A stretch of 64,000 nucleotides of DNA from Patescibacteria group bacterium (lineage in GTDB: Bacteria; Patescibacteriota; Patescibacteriia; Patescibacteriales; JAQTRU01), in contig JAQUPG010000003.1 of the NCBI GenBank assembly GCA_028716725.1, forward strand, positions 11,512-75,511, written 5' to 3'. Each line of letters begins with the position of its first letter. Within the stretch, counting starts at the first letter, position 1. A model generated the notes under the pieces. The model was not told where the DNA came from, did no database searches, and was given only the letters and a program-made list of their open reading frames with translations. Below are positions 25,473 through 34,705 of the stretch, piece after piece. The position numbers and the translations under genes are program-made.

Positions 25473-27755
25473 TTATCTCGTTGCTCCGGAATAAGCAATG
25501 GCCCTGACAATGTCCCAGGCCAGGGATGAAACCGGATCGTGGCCGTAAATAGCTTTAAAAGTTTTAATCGCGGCTTTTTCCGAATTGGTGTTTCTAGCGG
25601 CTGGCCTTAAGCCGTAAGCGATTACAGAAACAGCGGCGTTATCGTTCGGGTTGCTCATATTAGCCTCCCTTTTATATACTTTCTTAAATTCAATTTTAGC
25701 CGAAGCCAAAGCGGTTTGGCTTTCTTCTCCCGGCCAACGGCCATTAGCGATTTTTATTGCGTCCGACCATTCGCTTTCCGTCTTTGGCAATTTGCCGAAA
25801 GCCTTTTTGTAGGAGCCGATTACGCCCGCGCGCTCGCCCGCACCTAAAATCGTAGTTGTCTGCGTGCCGTAAGTGATGAAAAAATTAAGGCGGTTAGCAT
25901 CAGCCGAAGCAAGGCTTTCATTGCTGGTTAAACTGTTGAGATATTTACTGGCCGTTTCCGTTTCTTTGCTTTCATCACGAACGCCGCTTATGTTGCTTAG
26001 AATACTGTTAATATTTTCCGAGTAAACTATAGCCGCCTCACTCGTAATTTTTTCAAGCTGGGTAGCGGCGGCTTCAGCCGCAGTTGTGGTGGTGGTTGTC
26101 GTCGTAGTCGTGGTGGTTTCGGTTGTTGTGGAAGAAGCTGGCCCGGTCAATTGCACGGTCAAATCGGAGCAATTGCTGCCGGTCGTATCTTCGCAAATTT
26201 TGACAACGGTAGAACCGGAAGTATCCCCGCCCGTCAAGACCACGGCTTTGCCATTATTACTTATATTAGCGGAAACGATATTAGCATTACCGACCGAATA
26301 AACAATATTATTATCTGTCCCGCCTGTAATAATTATTGTTGAAGTCTGCCCCGGAGTAAGGGAAACATTATTCTGGCTGAAAGTTATCGGCACCAGGGCC
26401 GCGGTGACATTAACGTAGATGCTGGCGCAAACCGTATCAGCGGAGCAGATTTCAACGATCGACGACCCCTCTTTATTGCCGGCCAGGGAAATGATATTGC
26501 TGCCGCCGCTGATGCTCGCGGTGACGACCTCGGGCTTTGAATTTGAAGAAACTGAATATCCGGATCCCTCTCCGCCCGAAACTGTAACGTTAGCCATGCT
26601 GTCTTTATGGACGGAAACAACATTCTGGCTAAAAGCCAGGACGGTGGAAGACGGAGTCGTCGTGTCCGCATTACAACTAACCTGAAGGTCGCTGCAAGTA
26701 TTATTAATTGAAGCGGAACAAACGGTGATGACGGTTGAACCGGTGGTATTGCCACCGACAACGGTGATAGTGCTTCCGGAAACGGTAGCTGTTGCCACTC
26801 CGGCTTTTGTATTCGAGGAGATATAATAACTATTGTTTGTGTCGCCAGAGACGGTCACGGTTTGCGAAAGGCCGGGGATAAGGTTTAGATTATTCTGGCT
26901 GAAGGCTAAGGTGTTGGCGGTGGCGCTGGAAACGGTCACATATAAATTGGTACAATTTGTTTCCGAACCGGCAGCGCAAATTTTTATAGTGGCCGTTCCC
27001 GCTTTGCTCCCGAAAAGAGAGACCACATCCGTGTTGCCGCTGATATTGGCATAAACCGAGGCGGAATTGGAGTTGGAACTTACAACATAACCGTTGGTGG
27101 AATTGCCAAAAATCGTTATGTTTTCCGAAGCCATGAAGTTTAAGGTAGTGGTATATTTACTAAGAGTTATCTGCGTTTGTCCGGAAGAGGTTCCGACTAC
27201 CACGGCGATGGACCTGCAGCCGGCATTGGCTCCGCAAAGAATAAGAGTGCCGGTTCCGGCCGCTAAACCGGTTATGGTTATTTGGCTTCCGCTAAGGACC
27301 GTGCCGATACTTGAAGTCAGGCTGTTTGAAGATAAAATAAGAGTCTTGGAAGAATTAACGGTAATGCTTTGCCCCACGGCAATTTGAACACTGGTCTTGT
27401 CCAGGGTTATTGTGCTGGCATAAGAAGGCCAGAGCGTCATTTGTGACTGGACGCCATTAATTGTGGCATAGGCCGGTGAACCGGCCGGAATGCCGTAACC
27501 GCCGCTGCTGATTGAAGTCACGAATTGCCCGCTAGAATCGGTTGTCCCCAAAATAATGGTTGTCACCGTTGACGCGCCGGCAGGCAGAAAGGAAAGCCTG
27601 ATAGTGCTGCTTGAGTCGCCGGTAACTTTTATTTGGACTGTCTCGCCGGTGGTATTTATCAATTCAAGGACAGTCGGCTCCGAGGCCAGGGCGGGGAAAG
27701 ATAACAGCGAAAAGCAAAGAACTGTTATCAAAAAATGTGATATTTTTCGTTTCAT
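25473..27755 (-). CDS. Large secreted surface protein: tandem Ig-like repeats, poly-Thr linker, conserved C-terminal domain
   Basis: 760 aa. Signal peptide, then about 6-7 repeats of ~85-90 aa, five of which carry a Cys pair (e.g. VCSASINNTCSDLQVS). These are followed by TTTETTTTTTTTTTTTAAEAAA and a ~220-aa C-terminal domain. Confidence 0.8.
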   Translation of the reverse strand: MKRKISHFLITVLCFSLLSFPALASEPTVLELINTTGETVQIKVTGDSSSTIRLSFLPAGASTVTTIILGTTDSSGQFVTSISSGGYGIPAGSPAYATINGVQSQMTLWPSYASTITLDKTSVQIAVGQSITVNSSKTLILSSNSLTSSIGTVLSGSQITITGLAAGTGTLILCGANAGCRSIAVVVGTSSGQTQITLSKYTTTLNFMASENITIFGNSTNGYVVSSNSNSASVYANISGNTDVVSLFGSKAGTATIKICAAGSETNCTNLYVTVSSATANTLAFSQNNLNLIPGLSQTVTVSGDTNNSYYISSNTKAGVATATVSGSTITVVGGNTTGSTVITVCSASINNTCSDLQVSCNADTTTPSSTVLAFSQNVVSVHKDSMANVTVSGGEGSGYSVSSNSKPEVVTASISGGSNIISLAGNKEGSSIVEICSADTVCASIYVNVTAALVPITFSQNNVSLTPGQTSTIIITGGTDNNIVYSVGNANIVSANISNNGKAVVLTGGDTSGSTVVKICEDTTGSNCSDLTVQLTGPASSTTTETTTTTTTTTTTTAAEAAATQLEKITSEAAIVYSENINSILSNISGVRDESKETETASKYLNSLTSNESLASADANRLNFFITYGTQTTTILGAGERAGVIGSYKKAFGKLPKTESEWSDAIKIANGRWPGEESQTALASAKIEFKKVYKREANMSNPNDNAAVSVIAYGLRPAARNTNSEKAAIKTFKAIYGHDPVSSLAWDIVRAIAYSGATR

Positions 27756-27861
27756 AGTATTTTTAAAATTAATAATAATTGATAACTGAATTATATCATT
27801 TTCAAAATGGATTTACAATAAATCGCTATAAAGATATTTATCTTTCCTGCCAATAGGCAGG

Positions 27862-27900
27862 AATTAATTGAAAATTGATAATTGAAAATTGATAATTGTT
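27862..27900. repeat. Heptamer-word array AATTGAA/AATTGAT upstream of polA
   Basis: aattgaaaattgataattgaaaattgataattg. Confidence 0.8.
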
Positions 27901-27939
27901 TTGGTTGCTTTCCACCCCTTAATATGATGTAATATTAGT

Positions 27940-30753
27940 ATGGCAAAAGCTAATCCAAAGCTAATAATAATAGACGGCAATGCCCTAATCCACCGCAGTT
28001 TTCACGCCCTGCCGGCGACTATGGCGACCAAAGCCGGGGAAATGGTTAACGCGGTTTACGGTTTTACCGCGGTTTTGCTTAAAGCGATTCGGGAATTTAA
28101 ACCCGAATACGTGGTTTTGACTTTGGACCGGAAAGCCCAGACTTTCCGGCACAAACAATTTAAGGAATATAAAGCTACGCGCATTAAAGCCCCGGATGAG
28201 CTTTACGCGCAGATTCCGCGGGTGAAGGAAATTGCCGAAAGCTTTTCTATCCCGATTTTTGAAAAAGACGGGTTTGAAGCGGATGATCTGATTGGGACCA
28301 TCGCCCGCAAAACCGACGGTAAAATTGAAAAAATAATCGTAACCGGGGATATGGACACTTTGCAGTTGATTAATGGCCATACTAAAGTCTATACTATGAG
28401 CCGGGGCCTGTCTGACAGTATTATTTATGATGAAAAAACGGTTAAGGCGCGGTTTGATTTAACTCCGGACCAGATGATTGACTTTAAGGCCCTGCGCGGA
28501 GACCCCAGCGACAATATCCCCGGGGTAAGGGGGATTGGCGAAAAGGGTGCGATCGAACTATTGAAAGATTTTAAAACTTTGGACGGAATTTATAAAAATA
28601 TTGAATCAACAAGAATCAGGGACCGGATAAGAGCCTTATTAAAAGAGCAAAAAAAAGAAGCTTACATGTCCCGCGATTTAGCCACAATTAAATGCGACGT
28701 TGGCATAGACTTTAATTTGGAAAAAACCCGTTTCGCCGGCTTTAACCAGGAAAAAGTCGTTAAACTTTTTAGCGAACTTGAATTTAAATCCTTGCTCCCC
28801 CGCCTGCACGCCTTAGCCGGCCAAACCGAAACCACAAAAGAAGTCCGGGAAGAAAAAATCCTGGATAAGTTTGAGAGAAACCGGAAAATGTTTAAATATA
28901 TTCTGATAAACAAAGACAAAGACTTTAATTCCCTTTTAACTAAATTAAAAAGAGAGGTTAGTTTTACCTTTGATGTGGAAACTTCTTCTTTTGACCCTTT
29001 AACCGTCCGATTGCTGGGCATCAGTTTTTCCTGGGAAAAGGGTGTTGCTTATTTTGTCAGCACAAGAAGCCCGCAAAATCAGGATGGCAAAAAGGCAAAT
29101 TTGTTTAGTTATAATCCGACATCCGAAATCCGACATCCGAAATCCGACATTCACCCCTGGCTTGAAGGTTTAAAATCCATCTTCGCTGATCCTAAAATAA
29201 AAAAATACGGCCATAACATAAAATTTGATACCCGGGTTGTGGAAGCCCAAGGCATAAAAGTTGAAGGCATTGCTTTTGACACTATGATCGCCTCCTATCT
29301 ACTTAACCCGGGCACGCGCCAACACAATCTGGACGCTTTAACTTTTTCCGAACTGGGCTTTGAAAAAATCAGCAAAGATGATTTATTGGGCAAGGGCCGG
29401 GACAAAATAACTTTTTCCGAAGTAGCCGAAGAAAAACTGGCTCTTTATTCCTGCGAAGACGCGGATTTTACCAACCAACTCGTAAATAAACTAAAAGCCG
29501 AGCTTAAAAAACAAAAATTGGACACTCTCTTTGAAAAAATTGAAATGCCCCTAGTAGACGTTCTGGCCGAGATGGAAAATAACGGAATTTTAATTAACAA
29601 AAACCTACTTTCTAAAATGAGCAAGAAAGTTTCAGATAAATTAGAAGAACTTGAGAAAAAAATCTACAGAGAGGCCAAAACTAAATTTAATATTAATTCC
29701 ACCCAGCAATTGCGCGAAATCCTTTTTACTAAACTGGAGATCCCGATTGATAATATTAAAAAAAATAAAACCGGCCTATCTACGGCCGCAGACGAACTGG
29801 ATAAATTGAAAGATTTGCACCCCATAATTCCTTTAATGCAGGAATACCGCGAGCTGAAAAAATTGGCCACGACCTATATTGACGCTCTACCCGAGCTGAT
29901 TAACAAAAAAACCGGGCGCCTGCATACGAGTTTTAACCAGACCATCACGGCCACGGGTCGGCTTTCTTCAACTGAACCAAATTTGCAGAATATTCCCGTG
30001 CGCACGCAATTGGGACGAGAAATCAGGCAGGCGTTTGTCGCGGACAAAGGGAAAAAATTAGTAAGCCTTGATTATTCCCAAATCGAGTTACGCCTGGCCG
30101 CCCATATGTCCGGTGACAAAAAAATGATAAAGGCTTTTAAAGATGGGGCAGACATCCACACGGCGACAGCCGCGGAAATTAATCAGGTTAGCACCGAGGT
30201 CGTTACGAAAAACATGCGCCGCGAAGCCAAAGCCATCAACTTCGGAATCCTTTACGGCCAAGGACCGCACGGCCTGGCGCAAACAGCCGGCATTTCTTAT
30301 ACCCGGGCTAAAGATTTTATTGACCAGTATTTTTCAGTCCATAAAGATATAAAAAAATTTATAGACAAAACTTTGGCTGACGCCAAGAAAAGGGGATATG
30401 TAGAAACAATGTTTGGCCGGCGGCGGTATTTGCCGGAAATAAATTCCTCCGTGATCCAGGTCAAAAGAGCGGCTGAACGCATGGCTGTTAACGCGCCCCT
30501 GCAAGGCACGGCCGCAGATCTGATAAAGGCGGCCATGATAGAAATCCATAACTTGCTCGGAAAAGATCCTGATGTTAAAATGCTTCTTCAGGTCCATGAC
30601 GAGCTGGTTTTCGAAATAGCCGAAAGAGAGGTTAAAAAAAATGTCCCCAAAATTAAAAATATCATGGAAAACGTTTTAAAATTAAAAGTTCCGATTGTGG
30701 TAGAAGCGAGCATCGGCGATAATTGGGGAGAGATGGAACCAATTAACAATTAA
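27940..30753 (+). CDS. polA: DNA polymerase I
   Basis: 937 aa with 5'-nuclease, 3'-5' exo-like and polymerase domains (RRxAKAINFGIxYG, QVHDELVFE). Confidence 0.95.
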   Translation: MAKANPKLIIIDGNALIHRSFHALPATMATKAGEMVNAVYGFTAVLLKAIREFKPEYVVLTLDRKAQTFRHKQFKEYKATRIKAPDELYAQIPRVKEIAESFSIPIFEKDGFEADDLIGTIARKTDGKIEKIIVTGDMDTLQLINGHTKVYTMSRGLSDSIIYDEKTVKARFDLTPDQMIDFKALRGDPSDNIPGVRGIGEKGAIELLKDFKTLDGIYKNIESTRIRDRIRALLKEQKKEAYMSRDLATIKCDVGIDFNLEKTRFAGFNQEKVVKLFSELEFKSLLPRLHALAGQTETTKEVREEKILDKFERNRKMFKYILINKDKDFNSLLTKLKREVSFTFDVETSSFDPLTVRLLGISFSWEKGVAYFVSTRSPQNQDGKKANLFSYNPTSEIRHPKSDIHPWLEGLKSIFADPKIKKYGHNIKFDTRVVEAQGIKVEGIAFDTMIASYLLNPGTRQHNLDALTFSELGFEKISKDDLLGKGRDKITFSEVAEEKLALYSCEDADFTNQLVNKLKAELKKQKLDTLFEKIEMPLVDVLAEMENNGILINKNLLSKMSKKVSDKLEELEKKIYREAKTKFNINSTQQLREILFTKLEIPIDNIKKNKTGLSTAADELDKLKDLHPIIPLMQEYRELKKLATTYIDALPELINKKTGRLHTSFNQTITATGRLSSTEPNLQNIPVRTQLGREIRQAFVADKGKKLVSLDYSQIELRLAAHMSGDKKMIKAFKDGADIHTATAAEINQVSTEVVTKNMRREAKAINFGILYGQGPHGLAQTAGISYTRAKDFIDQYFSVHKDIKKFIDKTLADAKKRGYVETMFGRRRYLPEINSSVIQVKRAAERMAVNAPLQGTAADLIKAAMIEIHNLLGKDPDVKMLLQVHDELVFEIAEREVKKNVPKIKNIMENVLKLKVPIVVEASIGDNWGEMEPINN
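29114..29148 (+). repeat. In-frame heptanucleotide tandem repeat inside polA
   Basis: ATCCGAC ATCCGAA ATCCGAC ATCCGAA ATCCGAC (then a degenerate ATTCACC), translated as ..NPTSEIRHPKSDIHPW.. Confidence 0.85.
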
Positions 30754-30767
30754 CAATTATCAATTTA
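30740..30767. repeat. Heptamer-word array CAATTAA/CAATTAT overlapping the polA stop
   Basis: caattaacaattaacaattatcaattta, the reverse complement of the word family upstream of polA. Confidence 0.8.
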
Positions 30768-30931
30768 TTGAAAAACGAACCTTAAATATTTTAAAATCAC
30801 CAGGGGTTCGGGGGCCGAACTGAGTGCCAAGGCGAGCCCATATAAAGATTAATCTTTAGACTAGCGAATTGAGGCCCCCGAAACTTTTGCTTACTTTTGG
30901 TTACAAAAGTAAGTCTTAGCGAAGCGTTATT

Positions 30932-31624
30932 ATGAACTTAAAAATATCTAAAAAAATAAAGAAATTCTTTTCAGAATACTTTGAAATTTCAAAAAAAATT
31001 GGCATCTACCCGCCAGAATTTCCAATTAAACTTAAATTTTATAAATTTTATGAAAAAAATAAACTAATTACTGGAATAATTATAATGATAATAATACTCA
31101 TATTATCTGGTTCAATAGAAATTTTTAGAAAAACAAACCTAAAACCTAATTTAGAATTTAATGACGTTATATTTGAATACCAAGACTTTAATGGCAAATT
31201 AGTGGGAAATTCAAGAAATACTGAATATATAAATTTAGAAAAAATATCAAAAATTAATCTTTATGCAGAAATTATCAATAATGGTGAAATTAATTTATTG
31301 TATTCTTTAAAATATGCCGAAAGAACATCCCCAGACGGAACGACCGCAACCTCTACTCCTGATTTTCCAAAAAATAATGTTTTTTTGGGGAAGGGTAAAT
31401 CTAAAAAATTCACGATATACACAATAGATGCCGAAAAATTTTATGAACTTCTAAAAAGCGATAGAAATTTTTATCTTAAATTTAAACTTAAATTAGAATA
31501 CTTCACAGAAGATAAACGTGAAAAAATATATAATGTGGATAACACATTTGTAGAATGTTTGAATTTTTACCAAAATACTAAACTACCAAACTTCACGCCA
31601 TCATGCACTATAAAAAAAATATAA
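30932..31624 (+). CDS. Hypothetical AT-rich single-pass membrane protein
   Basis: 230-aa ORF with one TM helix (ITGIIIMIIILILSG). It is visibly more AT-rich than its neighbours and ends 1 nt before murD. Confidence 0.5.
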   Translation: MNLKISKKIKKFFSEYFEISKKIGIYPPEFPIKLKFYKFYEKNKLITGIIIMIIILILSGSIEIFRKTNLKPNLEFNDVIFEYQDFNGKLVGNSRNTEYINLEKISKINLYAEIINNGEINLLYSLKYAERTSPDGTTATSTPDFPKNNVFLGKGKSKKFTIYTIDAEKFYELLKSDRNFYLKFKLKLEYFTEDKREKIYNVDNTFVECLNFYQNTKLPNFTPSCTIKKI

Positions 31625-31625
31625 A

Positions 31626-32945
31626 ATGACTCTTAATTCGCTTACCAATAAAAAAATTTGTATCCTGGGCTATGGCATGGAAAACCGGGCCCTGGTTGAT
31701 TTTTTAATTAAGAAAAAAATCCCTTGCCAGATTACGGTTTGCGACGCCAGAAATAACGTAAAGACGAACGGCCGTTCGTCTCTTGGCCGTTCGTCTCAAC
31801 ACATTATTTGGCGGTTGGGTAAAAATTATAACAAGGACCTGTCCAAATTTGATATAATTTTTCGAATTGCCGGCTACCCTCTGTCCACTCCCGCAATTAA
31901 AAAAGCGAAAAAATCCGGAGTTAAAATTTCCAGCCCGGTAAAATTATTTTTTGACCTTTGCCCGAGTAAAAATATTATCGGTGTAACCGGCACTAAAGGC
32001 AAGGGCACGACCGCCAGTTTAATCGCCGCCATTTTAAAGCAGGGGGGAAAAGGGGTTTGGCTGGCCGGTAATATCGGCGTGCCCATGTTTTCCTTTCTGC
32101 CCGAAATTAAAAAGAATGACTGGGTGATTTTGGAACTTTCCAGTTTCCAGCTGGAAGATATGGAAACGAGCCCGAAAATCGCGGTCATCACTAATTTTTA
32201 CAGGGAGCATCTTAAACCGGTTGACCCGGTTAATCCTAATTACCACCGGAATCTATCTTCTTATTGGGCGGCTAAAGCTAATATTTTTAAATATCAAAAA
32301 ATGGACGATAAACTCATAGCCAACAACAAATTGAATAAAATCATAAAAAATTACCACTTAAAAAGCAAAGTCATTTATTTTTCTAAATCCAACCTGGCCA
32401 GCCAATTGCTGGGTGAGCATAATAAAGAAAATATTGCCGCCGCCCTTGCGGTAGTCAAAAGTATCGGCATAAAAGAGGGGGCCATAGCCAAGGCCGTGGC
32501 TGGTTTTAAGGGCTTAGAGCATCGCTTAGAACTCGTTACTAAAAAAAATGGCGTCAGTTTTTATAATGACAGTTTTGCCACAACTCCGGAAAATACAATC
32601 GCGGCCATTAATTCTTTTTCTTCCCCCCTTATTCTTTTGGCCGGCGGGGCGGACAAGGGCTCTGAATTTAAACTGCTGGCCAAAATTATGAAAAAGAGGG
32701 TAAAATTTGCGGTTTTATTTCCGGGAAAAGCTACCCGCCGGTTGAAAGGGGAATTAATTCTGACAGGATTTTCAAAAAACAAAATGAAACTAGCCGGCAA
32801 CATGGGAGAAGCGATAAAAATCGCCCGAGAAGAAGCAAAAAGCGGAGATATAATCCTTCTTTCCCCGGCCTGTGCCAGCTTCGGCCTGTTTAAAAACTAT
32901 AAAGAACGCGGAGAATTATTTAAAAAAGAAGTAAAAAAATTATGA
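31626..32945 (+). CDS. murD: UDP-N-acetylmuramoylalanine--D-glutamate ligase
   Basis: GVTGTKGKGTT P-loop, Mur ligase middle and C-terminal domains, N-terminal GYGMENRALVDFL. Confidence 0.9.
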   Translation: MTLNSLTNKKICILGYGMENRALVDFLIKKKIPCQITVCDARNNVKTNGRSSLGRSSQHIIWRLGKNYNKDLSKFDIIFRIAGYPLSTPAIKKAKKSGVKISSPVKLFFDLCPSKNIIGVTGTKGKGTTASLIAAILKQGGKGVWLAGNIGVPMFSFLPEIKKNDWVILELSSFQLEDMETSPKIAVITNFYREHLKPVDPVNPNYHRNLSSYWAAKANIFKYQKMDDKLIANNKLNKIIKNYHLKSKVIYFSKSNLASQLLGEHNKENIAAALAVVKSIGIKEGAIAKAVAGFKGLEHRLELVTKKNGVSFYNDSFATTPENTIAAINSFSSPLILLAGGADKGSEFKLLAKIMKKRVKFAVLFPGKATRRLKGELILTGFSKNKMKLAGNMGEAIKIAREEAKSGDIILLSPACASFGLFKNYKERGELFKKEVKKL

Positions 32946-34003
32946 TCATATTTATTTACGGCGAAGACAGTTTCCGGGGCCGGAAAAAATTAAAAGAACT
33001 AAAAGATAAATTTATCCGCGAAATTGACCCGGGAGAAAGCAGCTTAACGGTTGTTGACGGCAAAACCGCTAGGGCTAAAGAAATTATTGATGCTTTTGGC
33101 GCCCGCTCGCTTCTGGCGAAAAAAAGGATGGCGATTGTAGAAAATATATTTTTGAATAAAGGCGGGTCCGTGCCGGAAGAAATTTTTAATTATCTAAAAA
33201 AACTCCACCCGGGAAAAGACGATAATATTATTATCTTTTGGGACCCGGCGATAAAAACCAAAAATTTCGGCGCGAAAAAAAATGCTTTACTGATTGACTC
33301 TTCGGGAAAAGAAAACCCCCTGGCCAAAGCTTTCCAACCGCTCTTTAATTTACTGGTCCGGGAGCCTTATGCCCAGGAATTTAAAATCCTTTCCAACTCG
33401 GAAATGGCGGCCTGGGTAAAAAAAGAAGTGGAAGCCCGCGGCGGCCTGATCACGGATAGGGCGGCCCAGACTTTAATCAGCCTGGTCGGCAATGATTTAT
33501 GGCAGATAGACAATGAAATTAATAAACTCCTTAGCTATAAATCTGGGGCAAAAGCAAAACTAATAGCGGACGGAGGGGAAGAAAAAAAAGAAACCATTAG
33601 CGAACAAGCAATAAGAGAACTTGTTAAAGGGGGATTTGATGAAAATATTTTTGCTTTAACCGACGCTTTAAGCAACCGTAACCGGAAAATGGCGAACCAG
33701 TTTCTAAACGAGCAATATGAAGCCGGGTTGTCTGACGGCTATCTCTTAAACATGATTACGAGGCAGTTTAGGATTCTTCTCCAGGTCCGGCAGGCTCTAG
33801 ATTCGCGATTTTCCAGCCGTAAAATTATTACGGCCCTTAAGCTTCACCCCTTCGTCGCCCAAAAAAGTATCAACCAGGTGCGCAATTTTAATCTAACCAA
33901 TTTGAAAAATGCCCTTAATAGACTGGTGGAAATAGATTATCTGGTAAAAACCGGCCAAGGCGAGGCCGAGACCCTGCTTAATTTATTTATTCAAAAAATT
34001 TAA
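32942..34003 (+). CDS. holA: DNA polymerase III subunit delta
   Basis: 353 aa with the HolA-like N-terminus IYGEDSF and a C-terminal helical domain. Overlaps murD by 4 nt. Confidence 0.75.
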   Translation: MIIFIYGEDSFRGRKKLKELKDKFIREIDPGESSLTVVDGKTARAKEIIDAFGARSLLAKKRMAIVENIFLNKGGSVPEEIFNYLKKLHPGKDDNIIIFWDPAIKTKNFGAKKNALLIDSSGKENPLAKAFQPLFNLLVREPYAQEFKILSNSEMAAWVKKEVEARGGLITDRAAQTLISLVGNDLWQIDNEINKLLSYKSGAKAKLIADGGEEKKETISEQAIRELVKGGFDENIFALTDALSNRNRKMANQFLNEQYEAGLSDGYLLNMITRQFRILLQVRQALDSRFSSRKIITALKLHPFVAQKSINQVRNFNLTNLKNALNRLVEIDYLVKTGQGEAETLLNLFIQKI

Positions 34004-34181
34004 CCAAAAAGAAATCCCCCTTGCCGGGGGATTTCTTAAACTATTTATAGTTTTTAGGAAGGAGCAAAAAAAATTTAACCAAAAAAACAAAAAATTAGGG
34101 ATAAAATTTATTCCTAATTTTTTGTTACAAACAAATTTATCCCGGCACCTTTTAAGAATATTCCGGGAAAAGGTGCGGGAT

Positions 34182-34445
34182 TTATTTTATTTTTTGATTG
34201 AACAATTTATTAAGCCGTGATTTTTTCCGATTGCACGCATTTTTCTTTATTATACCTTTTTGCGCGGCCTTGTCAAGAGCTTTCATGGTCTCCCGAACAA
34301 GATCTTTCGCTTTGCCGTCTTTAGCTGCTATAGCTTTCCGGCTTTTTTTAATCAGATTTTTCAAATTTTCTTTAATCTTCCTGTTAAAAGCCGACCTTTT
34401 AACGCTTTTACGCAATTCCTTTTTAGCTGATTTAATGTTTGGCAT
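34182..34445 (-). CDS. rpsT: 30S ribosomal protein S20
   Basis: MPNIKSAKKELRKSVKR... Confidence 0.9.
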   Translation of the reverse strand: MPNIKSAKKELRKSVKRSAFNRKIKENLKNLIKKSRKAIAAKDGKAKDLVRETMKALDKAAQKGIIKKNACNRKKSRLNKLFNQKIK

Positions 34446-34480
34446 AATATTATAAAATTAAAAAATAAATATTTCTTAAG

Positions 34481-34555
34481 TCGGGGTGCTGGGATTCGAA
34501 CCCAGGATCTTCTGGTCCCAAACCAGACGCCCTAAGCCAGCTAGGCCACACCCCG
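34481..34555 (-). tRNA. tRNA-Pro(TGG)
   Basis: The reverse complement reads CGGGGTG..TCTGG-TTTGGGA-CCAGA..CTGGGTTCGAATCCCAG-CACCCCG-A. Confidence 0.9.
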
Positions 34556-34705
34556 ATAAATGGCAGGGACTCTAAAAAATCTGCAATCTAATAAAATCTG
34601 AAGTTATTATGGTGCCCCGGGTCAGAATTGAACTGACGACACAAGGCCCCGCAATACATTTGCTACGCAAATGAATGCGGGGTAAAATTTTCAGTCCGGC
34701 GCCTG

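Noticed and set aside
30790-30925. The structured region downstream of polA as a third copy of the E1/E2 element or as a known ncRNA (SRP RNA, RNase P RNA, 6S).
   Set aside because: It shares only short GC-rich strings (ggcgagcc, ccccgaa) with E2. It lacks the conserved junctions (GAAGTT, TTTGGGTG) and shows none of the SRP or RNase P signature sequences. It is treated as terminator-type hairpins.
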